A stretch of DNA of 64,000 nt from Chloroflexota bacterium (lineage in GTDB: Bacteria; Chloroflexota; Anaerolineae; Anaerolineales; UBA11579). Where the stretch lies: the NCBI GenBank assembly GCA_018662365.1, contig JABJGH010000030.1, positions 2,270-66,269 of the forward strand, written 5' to 3'. The position numbers and the translations under genes are program-made. Under the pieces are notes generated by a model. That model worked only from the letters and a program-made list of their open reading frames with translations. It was not told the DNA's origin and ran no database searches. Shown in pieces: positions 49,777 to 58,972 of this stretch. Each line of letters opens with the position of its first letter. Within the stretch, counting starts at the first letter, position 1.

Positions 49777-50796
49777 ATGGCAAAAACAACCGAGATATTG
49801 ATCACCCTTCCCCTAAACGAGCAACAACTCGATAGTCTTCATCAGCTATCTGAAAATATTTCTATTAGCCATATTCCTACCAGCGATCCTGAAGATATTT
49901 CTTCAGAAATCTGGGAGAAAACTGAAGTGCTGTATTCGGATTCCATTTTCCCCGAAAGTGATCAGGCACCCTTACTGCGCTGGATTCAATGTTTGGCTGA
50001 GAAAAAAGACTGCCCGCCAGATAATCTAATTCTTGAAAGGGATGAGATTAAAGTCACCACCGTTGAAGGCCTCAACGCCATCCAAGTTGCTGAACATACA
50101 GTTGGTTTGCTATTAGCTCTATCTCGAAAACTGCCTGATCTTTTCAACCTTCAGGAAAATAATGAATGGCTCAATAATAGACCAAAAGGTTACGCGCCTC
50201 TAGATATATTTGGCAGTACGGTAGGGATTGTAGGTTACAACAGAATTGGTAGACAGATTGCCCGATTACTTAAAGGGTTTGGCTGCACCATTCTTGCCAG
50301 TAAACAGAATGCGATGTCTCCAAAGAATGTTGGCTTTGTGCCTAAAGGGACCGGGGACCCAGATGGTGAGTATTTTACCCGGCTTTATCCCCATCAAGCA
50401 ATTAGATCCATGTTTAAAGAAAGTAATAGTGTGATCATAACAACAGCTTTTTCGGAACTCACACGAAATTTAGTTGGAGAGAAACAACTTGAGGTACTCA
50501 AGCCTACCGCAATGTTAGTGGATGTATCCGAAGGTGGTGTCTTAAACCTTGAAGCCTTAACTGATCATTTAGCGGATAATCGCATTGCTGGTGCTGCACT
50601 AGATGCTTTCCCCACTGTGCCATTGCCCTCCGACAGCTTACTCTGGTCATTGCCCAATGTAATTATTTCGCCTGACATAGCTGGGTATAGCAATAATCAA
50701 TCTCAACGCAATTTTAATCTTTTCGCGAAAAATCTTTCCAAATATTTGGATGGTCAAGAACTTTTTAATCAGATGTCTCCAAGGGCAGGAAAATAG
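49777..50796 (+). CDS. D-2-hydroxyacid dehydrogenase homolog with substituted catalytic residues
   Basis: Family fold (VAEH, TVGIVG-x-x-x-IG, IAGAALD, LW-x-x-PNVIISP) but GxGxxG reads GYNRIG and the Arg/Glu/His triad reads Glu/Val/Asp. Confidence 0.8.
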   Translation: MAKTTEILITLPLNEQQLDSLHQLSENISISHIPTSDPEDISSEIWEKTEVLYSDSIFPESDQAPLLRWIQCLAEKKDCPPDNLILERDEIKVTTVEGLNAIQVAEHTVGLLLALSRKLPDLFNLQENNEWLNNRPKGYAPLDIFGSTVGIVGYNRIGRQIARLLKGFGCTILASKQNAMSPKNVGFVPKGTGDPDGEYFTRLYPHQAIRSMFKESNSVIITTAFSELTRNLVGEKQLEVLKPTAMLVDVSEGGVLNLEALTDHLADNRIAGAALDAFPTVPLPSDSLLWSLPNVIISPDIAGYSNNQSQRNFNLFAKNLSKYLDGQELFNQMSPRAGK

Positions 50797-50798
50797 CA

Positions 50799-51545
50799 AT
50801 GGCAAACTATAAAGCTGTTCTTTTCGATCTTGGAAATACCCTTTTGTATTTTAATGGGTCTTGGCCTCAGGTCTTTGCCCAATCAGATCTTGAGGTTTTG
50901 AATTTTCTGAAAACCTCTGGATTAGATATTGATGAAATGGTTTTTTTACAAGAATTTCGAAACCGGATCAATGAATATCATAAACGACGTGAGATAGAGT
51001 TTATCGAAATTACCATTGCATACCTTTTAAGGGATCTTCTAAAAGATCTAGGTTATCCCAACACAAGCGAAGAGACTATTCGGACTGCGCTACAAAAAAT
51101 GTATCAGGTGTCGCAATCTCACTGGCTCATTGAAAAAGATTGTTTGGATACCCTTGATAAATTAAAATCAAGGGATTATAAAATTGGCATTATCTCAAAT
51201 GCAAGCGATGATGCCGATGTACAAAAATTAGTGGGTGATTCTCAGATTAAAGAGTATGTAGATTTTGCGCTTTCTTCTGCTGCTTGCGGTATTCGAAAAC
51301 CTGACCCCCGCATTTTTTCAATTGCTCTATCCTATTGGGATTTTACAAATGAAGAAGTCATTATGGTTGGGGATACATTGAATGCAGATATATTGGGGGC
51401 AAAAAATTCAAATATCAAAAGCGTTTGGATCAAAAGAAGAGCCAATATTCCGAACAATTTAGATTCCGATGAAAAGTTGATGCCAGATGAGACTATTGAA
51501 ACCCTGTCTGAGCTTCCTGATTTGTTAGATAAACTTACTAACTAA
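50799..51545 (+). CDS. HAD-family hydrolase
   Basis: FDLGNTL, ISN, RKPDPRIF and VGDT-x-x-ADI-x-GA motifs. Confidence 0.9.
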   Translation: MANYKAVLFDLGNTLLYFNGSWPQVFAQSDLEVLNFLKTSGLDIDEMVFLQEFRNRINEYHKRREIEFIEITIAYLLRDLLKDLGYPNTSEETIRTALQKMYQVSQSHWLIEKDCLDTLDKLKSRDYKIGIISNASDDADVQKLVGDSQIKEYVDFALSSAACGIRKPDPRIFSIALSYWDFTNEEVIMVGDTLNADILGAKNSNIKSVWIKRRANIPNNLDSDEKLMPDETIETLSELPDLLDKLTN

Positions 51546-51558
51546 TTGGAAAACCAGA

Positions 51559-52377
51559 TTATTTCTTAACTATCAGGACAGCGCATTTTGCCTGCTTGAT
51601 CACATGCCGGGTTACATCCCCCAAAAATATCCCCTTTAATCCCTTATTTCTTCCTGACTCTCCCACTACAACCAGGTCATAAACTTCTTCTTCGATTTCT
51701 TGTAAGATTTGGTCAGCGACATCCCCATACCTCAATTTTATTTCGGTTGATACGTGGTGGTGCTCGAGATCTTCCATACTTTCATGCAAATGATTGGAAA
51801 GCGGCGTTGTAGTTTCCATTACTTCATCGATCGTATTGTCTACCATTTCAGTTCCTGCATACATACCGGGCATTGAACTACCTACATGAAGCAGGGTTGC
51901 TTTCAATCCAGCGGCTTCAGCTAAATTGGCACTTAGTTGAACAACAGGTTTGGAAATACTTAAACCTCCGGTACAGATCAATATCTTATCTAACTTAATA
52001 TTTGCATGCCGAAGTAATAATACCGGGATGGGGGATTTGTGGATAATTTTATGGATCAAGGCTTGTTGATCATCATCAATGATATTTTTTTGTCGTCTTA
52101 ATTCAAGTACGACAAAATCGTAATCTTCATTATCAATTTCATTTTTGAATACTTCAAGGGCTTTCCCATGGCGAAGTAGATCATGCACATCTACACCGTC
52201 AGCAATATGATCCTCTGCTTCTGCTAAAATCGCTTTTCCACTATCAAGACCCTGTTTTCTTTCGGCAACATATAAAAGATTTACCTCAGCCCCTGTCTTT
52301 TGAGCCAGTGTTCGAATAAATGCTGTTCCAGAGAGCGCGTAGGATTGATTGATCGCTAAGTATAGTAGTTTCATCAT
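51559..52377 (-). CDS. Universal stress protein (tandem USP domains)
   Basis: Two USP repeats; SPIPVLLLR and DLVVVG...LGDVT-x-x-V-x-x-x-A-x-CAVLIVK motifs. Confidence 0.85.
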   Translation of the reverse strand: MMKLLYLAINQSYALSGTAFIRTLAQKTGAEVNLLYVAERKQGLDSGKAILAEAEDHIADGVDVHDLLRHGKALEVFKNEIDNEDYDFVVLELRRQKNIIDDDQQALIHKIIHKSPIPVLLLRHANIKLDKILICTGGLSISKPVVQLSANLAEAAGLKATLLHVGSSMPGMYAGTEMVDNTIDEVMETTTPLSNHLHESMEDLEHHHVSTEIKLRYGDVADQILQEIEEEVYDLVVVGESGRNKGLKGIFLGDVTRHVIKQAKCAVLIVKK

Positions 52378-52395
52378 TCTCTCACCTTAAAAATT

Positions 52396-53295
52396 TCACA
52401 AAGCCAATATGCCCAATAATTTTAATATCACCATAATTGCTCCAATTAAGGGTAACACGGAGAAAAACAAACGAATTCGAGGGCCAGCAAAGTATTGCGT
52501 AGATGTTGCACCAATTCGGGCACCAATAACTGCGCCTACCTGCATCACCAAAGCCATCAAAATATCCACATTTCCCTTTAAAGCATGTGTAATTGTTCCA
52601 AAACCAGCAGAAAAAATAATTTCAAACAAATCGGTGCCGACCGCGACATGAGTGGGCATTCCTAAAACATAAATAAAGACCGGCATTCGGATAAACCCAC
52701 CACCAACCCCCAACATTCCCGTCACAAATCCCGTGAAAACTCCTGCCCCTAATACAATCCAAAGTGAAATTCTTTTTATTCCAGAGTTGGGGAAAGACAA
52801 CATTGGTGGAAGTTCAATTTTTTGGATTTTTTCAGCAAAACCTTGAAAACCAGAAACATCTTTTGTTGATTCACTTCCTTTCAAAAGGCGAATCGCTTTT
52901 ATGCTTTCATATGCTGTAAATGCACTAACCATTAATAACAAGGAGATATATATCATCCCAACAACCATATCAACCGAATTGGCTGATTCTAATTTCTCAA
53001 TAATCCTTGCGCCTGCCTCAACACCAATGACAGTACCAGCAACCATCACAATCCCTAGTCGAACGTCGACATGTCCAAGCGTTCGGTGACGGCGAACTGC
53101 AATGATCGAATTACCGGTGATATGGGCGAGATCAGTGCCAATTACAAAATTCATTGGTACCCCAGACAAAAACATAAATGGACCCGCCAAAAAACCGCCT
53201 CCCACACCGAAGAAACCACCTAGAATACCCACAATGAATCCTATACTTGTCAGTATTAAGGGGTTTATGGTTACACCAGCGATAGGGAAAAACAT
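52396..53295 (-). CDS. Sulfite exporter TauE/SafE family membrane protein
   Basis: Duplicated G-x-x-GVGGGF-x-x-x-P and GTDL motifs. Confidence 0.9.
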   Translation of the reverse strand: MFFPIAGVTINPLILTSIGFIVGILGGFFGVGGGFLAGPFMFLSGVPMNFVIGTDLAHITGNSIIAVRRHRTLGHVDVRLGIVMVAGTVIGVEAGARIIEKLESANSVDMVVGMIYISLLLMVSAFTAYESIKAIRLLKGSESTKDVSGFQGFAEKIQKIELPPMLSFPNSGIKRISLWIVLGAGVFTGFVTGMLGVGGGFIRMPVFIYVLGMPTHVAVGTDLFEIIFSAGFGTITHALKGNVDILMALVMQVGAVIGARIGATSTQYFAGPRIRLFFSVLPLIGAIMVILKLLGILAL

Positions 53296-53303
53296 TAATT
53301 CTC

Positions 53304-53564
53304 CTACTTACGCGGCCAACGAAGGCCTAAGCTATTCACAATTAATGAAATAATTGCTTCCAGAATTAGAGCTTGAACTAAAATCACCCCAACACTAAAA
53401 ACAGCAAACAATTTCAAATCAGAATCAAATAGCTCTGCAGTGAAATTTGTTAATAATTGCAACCCAAATTTGTAATAGAAATATGCGACACCCCCATAAA
53501 TTATCGTCTCAATAAGATAATTTCGAAGCATTGCCTGAAAGGGCTTTTTTTGATTTTGTTTCAT
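53304..53564 (-). CDS. Small hypothetical two-TM membrane protein
   Basis: Likely start MKQNQKK at 53564; two hydrophobic helices; ends 8 nt before the TauE start. Confidence 0.55.
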   Translation of the reverse strand: MKQNQKKPFQAMLRNYLIETIIYGGVAYFYYKFGLQLLTNFTAELFDSDLKLFAVFSVGVILVQALILEAIISLIVNSLGLRWPRK

Positions 53565-53776
53565 AAGAAATCCGGGAGAATAAAAATTTAAATAGCTATA
53601 ACAATATTGTACATTCCATTTAATTATATGCAATACCGTTTTTTATAACTATCGAATTTTACTATTAAATTCATTCAGGTCGAAAATGTTATTACAAAAA
53701 CAACATTCTTTTGGTATAAAAAGTAAAAACGATTACAATTAAGCAATATTTTGATTAATGAAATAGGAAAGATTTA

Positions 53777-54724
53777 ATGTCTATAAAAGAAACACTCGCT
53801 CAATTTAACATACCCGATAAAAAGCTCAAGGGGTTACAAGAGCTTCCAAATTCGTTGCAGGACCAAAAAACATTTGCCTTACTAATTTTCAGTTTGATCG
53901 AAGACCTTTCAGTAAATATGGAAGAAGAGGATTTGGATAGCTTATACCTCAGTGGTGACATCACCAGCATCTCCACCATTAATAAAGATAAAGTATTAAC
54001 GGGCAAGATCACTGCAAAACAAGACGGTGTTATCGCAGGATTGCCTGTCGCAAAAGCAATTTTTAGATTAGTGAGTCCTGAAATTGAATTTTCTCCTCTC
54101 ATTAATGATGGCACCAAGGTAAGCGAGGGTGAGATCGTTGCTGAGGTACAAGGTCCTGGCAGGGCAATCTTAACAGCAGAACGTCCAGCGCTTAATTTTC
54201 TGGGTCGGATGAGTGGCACTGCAAGTTTGACCAGGGAGTTTGTTGATAAAGTCAAAAATACGAACGCTGTGATCTTGGACACTCGGAAAACAGCGCCCGG
54301 GTTTAGAAAATTAGATAAGTATGCGGTTCGAATGGGTGGCGGGAAGAATCATCGAATGGGTTTATTCGATATGGCCCTCATTAAAGATAATCATATTGAT
54401 GGAGCAGGGAGCATAGAAGCCGCCGTGAGTGGGGTCCGGAAAAAATATGGCGACCAATTTCCCATCGAAGTTGAAGTTAAAGACTTGGAAGAATTACAGA
54501 TCGCTTTACGTCTAGATGTAGAGAGAATTATGCTCGATAATATGGATATGAATAAGATGAAGGAAGCAGTTGTGATCACACATGGACGAACTCCCTTAGA
54601 AGCCTCGGGAAATGTGTCTTTGGAGCGAATTCGAGATATTGCGGAAACTGGTGTAGATTTTATATCTATTGGAGTGTTAACTCATTCAGCCCCAGCCTTC
54701 GACCTCAGCATGAGATTGCTATAA
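53777..54724 (+). CDS. nadC: Nicotinate-nucleotide diphosphorylase (QAPRTase)
   Basis: ER-x-ALN, DTRKT-x-PG, NHRMGL, LIKDNH, IMLDN and EASG motifs. Confidence 0.96.
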   Translation: MSIKETLAQFNIPDKKLKGLQELPNSLQDQKTFALLIFSLIEDLSVNMEEEDLDSLYLSGDITSISTINKDKVLTGKITAKQDGVIAGLPVAKAIFRLVSPEIEFSPLINDGTKVSEGEIVAEVQGPGRAILTAERPALNFLGRMSGTASLTREFVDKVKNTNAVILDTRKTAPGFRKLDKYAVRMGGGKNHRMGLFDMALIKDNHIDGAGSIEAAVSGVRKKYGDQFPIEVEVKDLEELQIALRLDVERIMLDNMDMNKMKEAVVITHGRTPLEASGNVSLERIRDIAETGVDFISIGVLTHSAPAFDLSMRLL

Positions 54725-54745
54725 CCCCTACAAAAAAGGTGAATT

Positions 54746-55783
54746 ATGACCTCTGTCAATGAACTCTATCAAACAATGCATGAAAAATTAAAAGACGTAG
54801 TACCCGATGTGGAACTCAAATATAAGGCTGAAATTGCGTATGAGATCAACCGATTAAAAGTTGAAAAGAACGCGGTGATTTTGGGACATAATTATATGGA
54901 ACCCGCCCTTTTTCACTCCATCCCCGATATTACAGGTGATTCATTGGCCCTAAGTCGTGAAGCCGCCAAAACCGAAAAAGACATCATCGTTTTTTGTGGT
55001 GTTCAGTTTATGGCCGAAACCGCAAAAATCCTCAACCCCAACAAAAAAGTGCTGATCCCCTCTGATAAAGCAGGGTGCTCCTTAGCAGAAAGTATTTCAG
55101 CTGCCGACGTGCGGTTACTACGAGAACGTTTTCCTGGCGTGCCAATCGTTGCCTATGTCAATACATATGCTGATGTGAAAGCTGAAGTGGATATTTGCTG
55201 CACCTCAGGGAATGCGGTGGCAGTAGTGAATTCATTGGACAGCGATTCGATCATCTTTTTGCCCGATCAATATTTAGCGCATAATATTGCCAATGAAACC
55301 GGGAAAAAGATTATTTTCCCGGAAGTTGTAAACAATACCTTACAGGTTCCAGATGGAGATTTTCAAATGATCGGTTGGACAGGGAAATGTGAGGTACATG
55401 AGAAATTTACTGTGTCTGATATTGACACGGTTCGGGCGCAGTTCCCAGAAGTTGTGATTGTCACCCATCCCGAATGTAGCCCCGAAGTTGTAGCTGCCTC
55501 CGATTTTTCAGGGAGCACCACAGCAATGATCAATTATGTGGAGCAAAGTAATGCCCCCCATTATTTGGTGCTTACAGAATGTTCAATGGGCGATAATATT
55601 GCGGCTGCCAATCCTGACAAAGATCTTCTTAGACTTTGCATGGTGCGCTGCCCACATATGAATACGATCACCATGGAAGATACACTTGCCGCATTAAGAA
55701 ATGAACAATATGAAGTCGAAGTTCCAGAAGATATTCGAATTCGGGCAGCAAGATCTGTAGAACGAATGATTGCAATCGGATAA
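54746..55783 (+). CDS. nadA: Quinolinate synthase
   Basis: HNY, GDSL, FCGV-x-FMAE, AGCSLA, YVN, C-x-VH, HPEC and C-x-HM motifs. Confidence 0.96.
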   Translation: MTSVNELYQTMHEKLKDVVPDVELKYKAEIAYEINRLKVEKNAVILGHNYMEPALFHSIPDITGDSLALSREAAKTEKDIIVFCGVQFMAETAKILNPNKKVLIPSDKAGCSLAESISAADVRLLRERFPGVPIVAYVNTYADVKAEVDICCTSGNAVAVVNSLDSDSIIFLPDQYLAHNIANETGKKIIFPEVVNNTLQVPDGDFQMIGWTGKCEVHEKFTVSDIDTVRAQFPEVVIVTHPECSPEVVAASDFSGSTTAMINYVEQSNAPHYLVLTECSMGDNIAAANPDKDLLRLCMVRCPHMNTITMEDTLAALRNEQYEVEVPEDIRIRAARSVERMIAIG

Positions 55784-55787
55784 ACCT

Positions 55788-57359
55788 ATGCAAACAGATG
55801 TGTTGATCATCGGTTCAGGAATCGCAGGAGCAATTAGTGCCCTGCAATTAGCTAAGGATTCACAACGTCAGATCACAGTATTGACTTTGGTAGAAGATGC
55901 ATTAGAGTCTAACTCGCGATATGCACAGGGGGGAATTGTTGGCCGAGGAATTCAAGACTCAGCTAAACTATTAAAAGAAGACATAATAAAAGCGGGGGCT
56001 GGTCTAAGTAATCCCCCTGCTGTTGATCAACTTGCAAACCTTGGCCCCAAACTTTTAGAAAAAATATTAATTGATGAGATTGATGTTCCTTTTGATAGAG
56101 ATGATCAAGGGGATTTGGTGTTTGGTTTAGAGGCGGCGCATTCGAAACAACGTATCATCCATGTCAGCGATATGACAGGCAAATCGATCATGACTACATT
56201 GCTAAACAAACTAGAAGAAAAAAGCAATGTCACCCTATTGAGAAATCACACTGCAATTGACCTGATCACCTTTCCCCACCATGCGGTCGACCCGCTTAAA
56301 ATATATGAGTCCCCAATCTGTCTTGGAGCATATACCTATAACCAAAATGAGAAAAAGGTCATCCGAATCCTGGCCAATCAAACCATATTGGCAACAGGTG
56401 GATTAGGGCAAATCTTTCAGAACACCACCAATCCAACGACCTCTCGTGGAGATGGTTTAGCAATGGCCTACAGAGCTGGTGCCCGCATTCTTAATGCAGA
56501 GTACATCCAGTTTCACCCGACTGCCCTTTATAACCCTGGACCCACACGCTTTCTGATCAGTGAGGCCGTAAGGGGCGAGGGTGCGGTGTTATTGACCCCG
56601 AATGGGGATTCATTCATTGAAAAGTACGCCCCAGAATGGAAAGAGCTTGCCCCGCGTGATGTGGTTGCCAGGGCGATCTATTGGGAAATGCTACATAATG
56701 ATTATCCTCATGTCTTTTTAGATATTTCTTCAATCAAAAAACCCGGCGAGATCAAGAACCGTTTCCCACAGATCTATGAAAATTGTTTGAAATTTAATAT
56801 CGATATTTCTTCTCAACCGATACCGGTTGTACCTGCTGCACATTATTTTTGTGGTGGGGTGCAGGTTGACCTAAATGGTCAAAGTTCCATCCCGGGGTTA
56901 TATGCGATTGGCGAGGTTTCATGCACTGGCGTACATGGTGCCAATCGGTTAGCGAGTACCTCTTTGTTGGAAGGCTTGGTCTGGGGACATCAGGCTGCCG
57001 AACATATTCGATCGTTGCCCAATAAAAATGGTTTTTCTGAGAAGGATGTTCCTAAATGGTTCAGTGACAATTTGAGATATGAACCCGACCCTGCATTAAT
57101 TCAGGTGGATATGGCAAGTATCCGCAATTTGATGTGGCATTATGTGGGTCTAATCAGGAACCAATATCAGATCAATCGCGCAATTCGTGATCTGACAAAT
57201 TTGCGCTCGGAGATCGAGAACTTTTATAGAAAAACTCTTTTAAGTGATGGCCTTATTGGATTACGCAATGGGATCCAAGCTGCCCAGATCGTGACGCATG
57301 CGGCAAGCCAAAACAGAACCAGTCGTGGGGCTCACTATCGGGAAGATACAAAAATATAA
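55788..57359 (+). CDS. nadB: L-aspartate oxidase
   Basis: IG-x-G-x-AG, AQGGI, QFHPT, SEAVRGEG, ELAPRD, HGANRLAS-x-SL and SRGAH motifs; ATG at 55788 just after the nadA stop. Confidence 0.95.
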   Translation: MQTDVLIIGSGIAGAISALQLAKDSQRQITVLTLVEDALESNSRYAQGGIVGRGIQDSAKLLKEDIIKAGAGLSNPPAVDQLANLGPKLLEKILIDEIDVPFDRDDQGDLVFGLEAAHSKQRIIHVSDMTGKSIMTTLLNKLEEKSNVTLLRNHTAIDLITFPHHAVDPLKIYESPICLGAYTYNQNEKKVIRILANQTILATGGLGQIFQNTTNPTTSRGDGLAMAYRAGARILNAEYIQFHPTALYNPGPTRFLISEAVRGEGAVLLTPNGDSFIEKYAPEWKELAPRDVVARAIYWEMLHNDYPHVFLDISSIKKPGEIKNRFPQIYENCLKFNIDISSQPIPVVPAAHYFCGGVQVDLNGQSSIPGLYAIGEVSCTGVHGANRLASTSLLEGLVWGHQAAEHIRSLPNKNGFSEKDVPKWFSDNLRYEPDPALIQVDMASIRNLMWHYVGLIRNQYQINRAIRDLTNLRSEIENFYRKTLLSDGLIGLRNGIQAAQIVTHAASQNRTSRGAHYREDTKI

Positions 57360-57407
57360 TTAGTTTAATTAATTGAAAAAGCCTGTTATTTCATCGGTAG
57401 GTCTATA

Positions 57408-58838
57408 TTATCTTTTGCTTTTCGCCCCTGTAGATTTATGTTTTTGCTTCAAATTGGTAATTTCCTCTTCGGTCATGTCAGGAAGATAGTCCGAATCTTT
57501 AATCCCCAAAGCTTTTCGCTGGGCTTCCCGCCACATTTCTAATCTTTCCCCAATCTGCAACTCATAACCCTGATTCGAGGGAGTATAAAAATACGTGCCT
57601 AACACCTCTTTTGGTAAATATTGCTGTGGCAGATAATGATCAGGGGCATCATGTGGATATTGATAGCCTTTCCCATGGCCCAGGGCATAGGCATCTCGAT
57701 TGCCATCTTTTAGATGATCGGGGACGGTTACCTTTCCCTCATCTTCAATTAATTTGAACGCTTTAAAATAGGACGTGGTGGTATTAGATTTTGGCGCAGT
57801 GGCTAGATATAGCACCGCATTTACGATTGGGAAAATTCCCTCCGGCAAACCAATATAATCAAAAGCTTGGGCAGCGGCGTTTACCACAACCAAACCATTT
57901 GGGTCTGCAAGTCCGATATCTTCAGAGGCCAGGATAATCAACCGTCTCAATATAAAACGCGGATCTTCGCCTGCATAGAGCATCTTCGCCAGCCAATAAA
58001 GGGAAGCATCTGGGTCAGATCCTCGCACAGATTTGATGAATGCTGATATCGTGTCATAATGCGAATCGCCATCTTTATCGTAAAGCACCGCCCGTCGCTG
58101 GATCGATTCTTGGGCAACATCTATGGTCACCTGTATAACGCCATCCTTATCTGCGGGGGTGGATTCAACCGCCAGTTCAAGGGCATTTAGTGCATTGCGC
58201 GCATCCCCCCCGGCGACATTGATCAGATGATCATAGGATTCTTGGGGAATATTCACCTGGTATTGGCCTAATCCCCTTTCTTTATCAGTCAAGGCAGCGT
58301 CTAACACTTTGCGAACATCTTCTGGTTCCAGATGCTGAAGTTGGAAAATACGGGAGCGTGAGAGCAGAGCCGAATTGACCTCGAAATAGGGATTTTCGGT
58401 GGTTGCGCCGATGAGGGTGACCGTGCCATTCTCCACATGAGGTAATAGGGCATCTTGTTGGGCTTTATTCCAACGGTGTACTTCATCTACAAAGAGAATT
58501 GTTTGTTTGTTGTAAAGCTTTCTGCGTTCAATTGCTTCAGCCACGACTTCACGCAGTTTCGCTTTGCCATCCAACACCGCTGATAGGGTTACAAAATAGC
58601 TCTCAGTTTGATTGGCGATCACCATCGCCAATGTGGTTTTACCTGTTCCTGGAGGTCCCCATAATAGGATTGAAGAAAACAGACGGTCTGCTTCGATGGC
58701 CCGGCGAAGTAGTTTTCCCTCGCCCAAAATTTCTTCCTGACCGGCATATTCATCCAAATTCCGTGGCCGCATGCGAGCGGCAAGCGGTGCCTCAGTCGCA
58801 AGGGATTTATTCATGGCGTGGTCGAATAAGTCGGTCAT
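57408..58838 (-). CDS. rarA: Replication-associated recombination protein A (MgsA/RarA)
   Basis: PLAARMRP, GPPGTGKTT, DEVHR-x-NKAQQD, GATTENP and SAFIKSVRGSDPD motifs. Confidence 0.95.
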   Translation of the reverse strand: MTDLFDHAMNKSLATEAPLAARMRPRNLDEYAGQEEILGEGKLLRRAIEADRLFSSILLWGPPGTGKTTLAMVIANQTESYFVTLSAVLDGKAKLREVVAEAIERRKLYNKQTILFVDEVHRWNKAQQDALLPHVENGTVTLIGATTENPYFEVNSALLSRSRIFQLQHLEPEDVRKVLDAALTDKERGLGQYQVNIPQESYDHLINVAGGDARNALNALELAVESTPADKDGVIQVTIDVAQESIQRRAVLYDKDGDSHYDTISAFIKSVRGSDPDASLYWLAKMLYAGEDPRFILRRLIILASEDIGLADPNGLVVVNAAAQAFDYIGLPEGIFPIVNAVLYLATAPKSNTTTSYFKAFKLIEDEGKVTVPDHLKDGNRDAYALGHGKGYQYPHDAPDHYLPQQYLPKEVLGTYFYTPSNQGYELQIGERLEMWREAQRKALGIKDSDYLPDMTEEEITNLKQKHKSTGAKSKR

Positions 58839-58972
58839 TATAGGTGAATTATAGCATGAACGGTTGTTCTAACATTATTAGCACATCGAAACTAAGTACA
58901 ACTGCCTATTCCCAATTATAAAAAATAATTGTATCCTGATATTTGGGTAAATCTATAGAAGGAGAGAAAATT

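Noticed and set aside
52038-52046. Perfect DnaA box (TGTGGATAA) inside the USP gene
   Set aside because: A single 9-mer in coding sequence is compatible with chance in 64 kb
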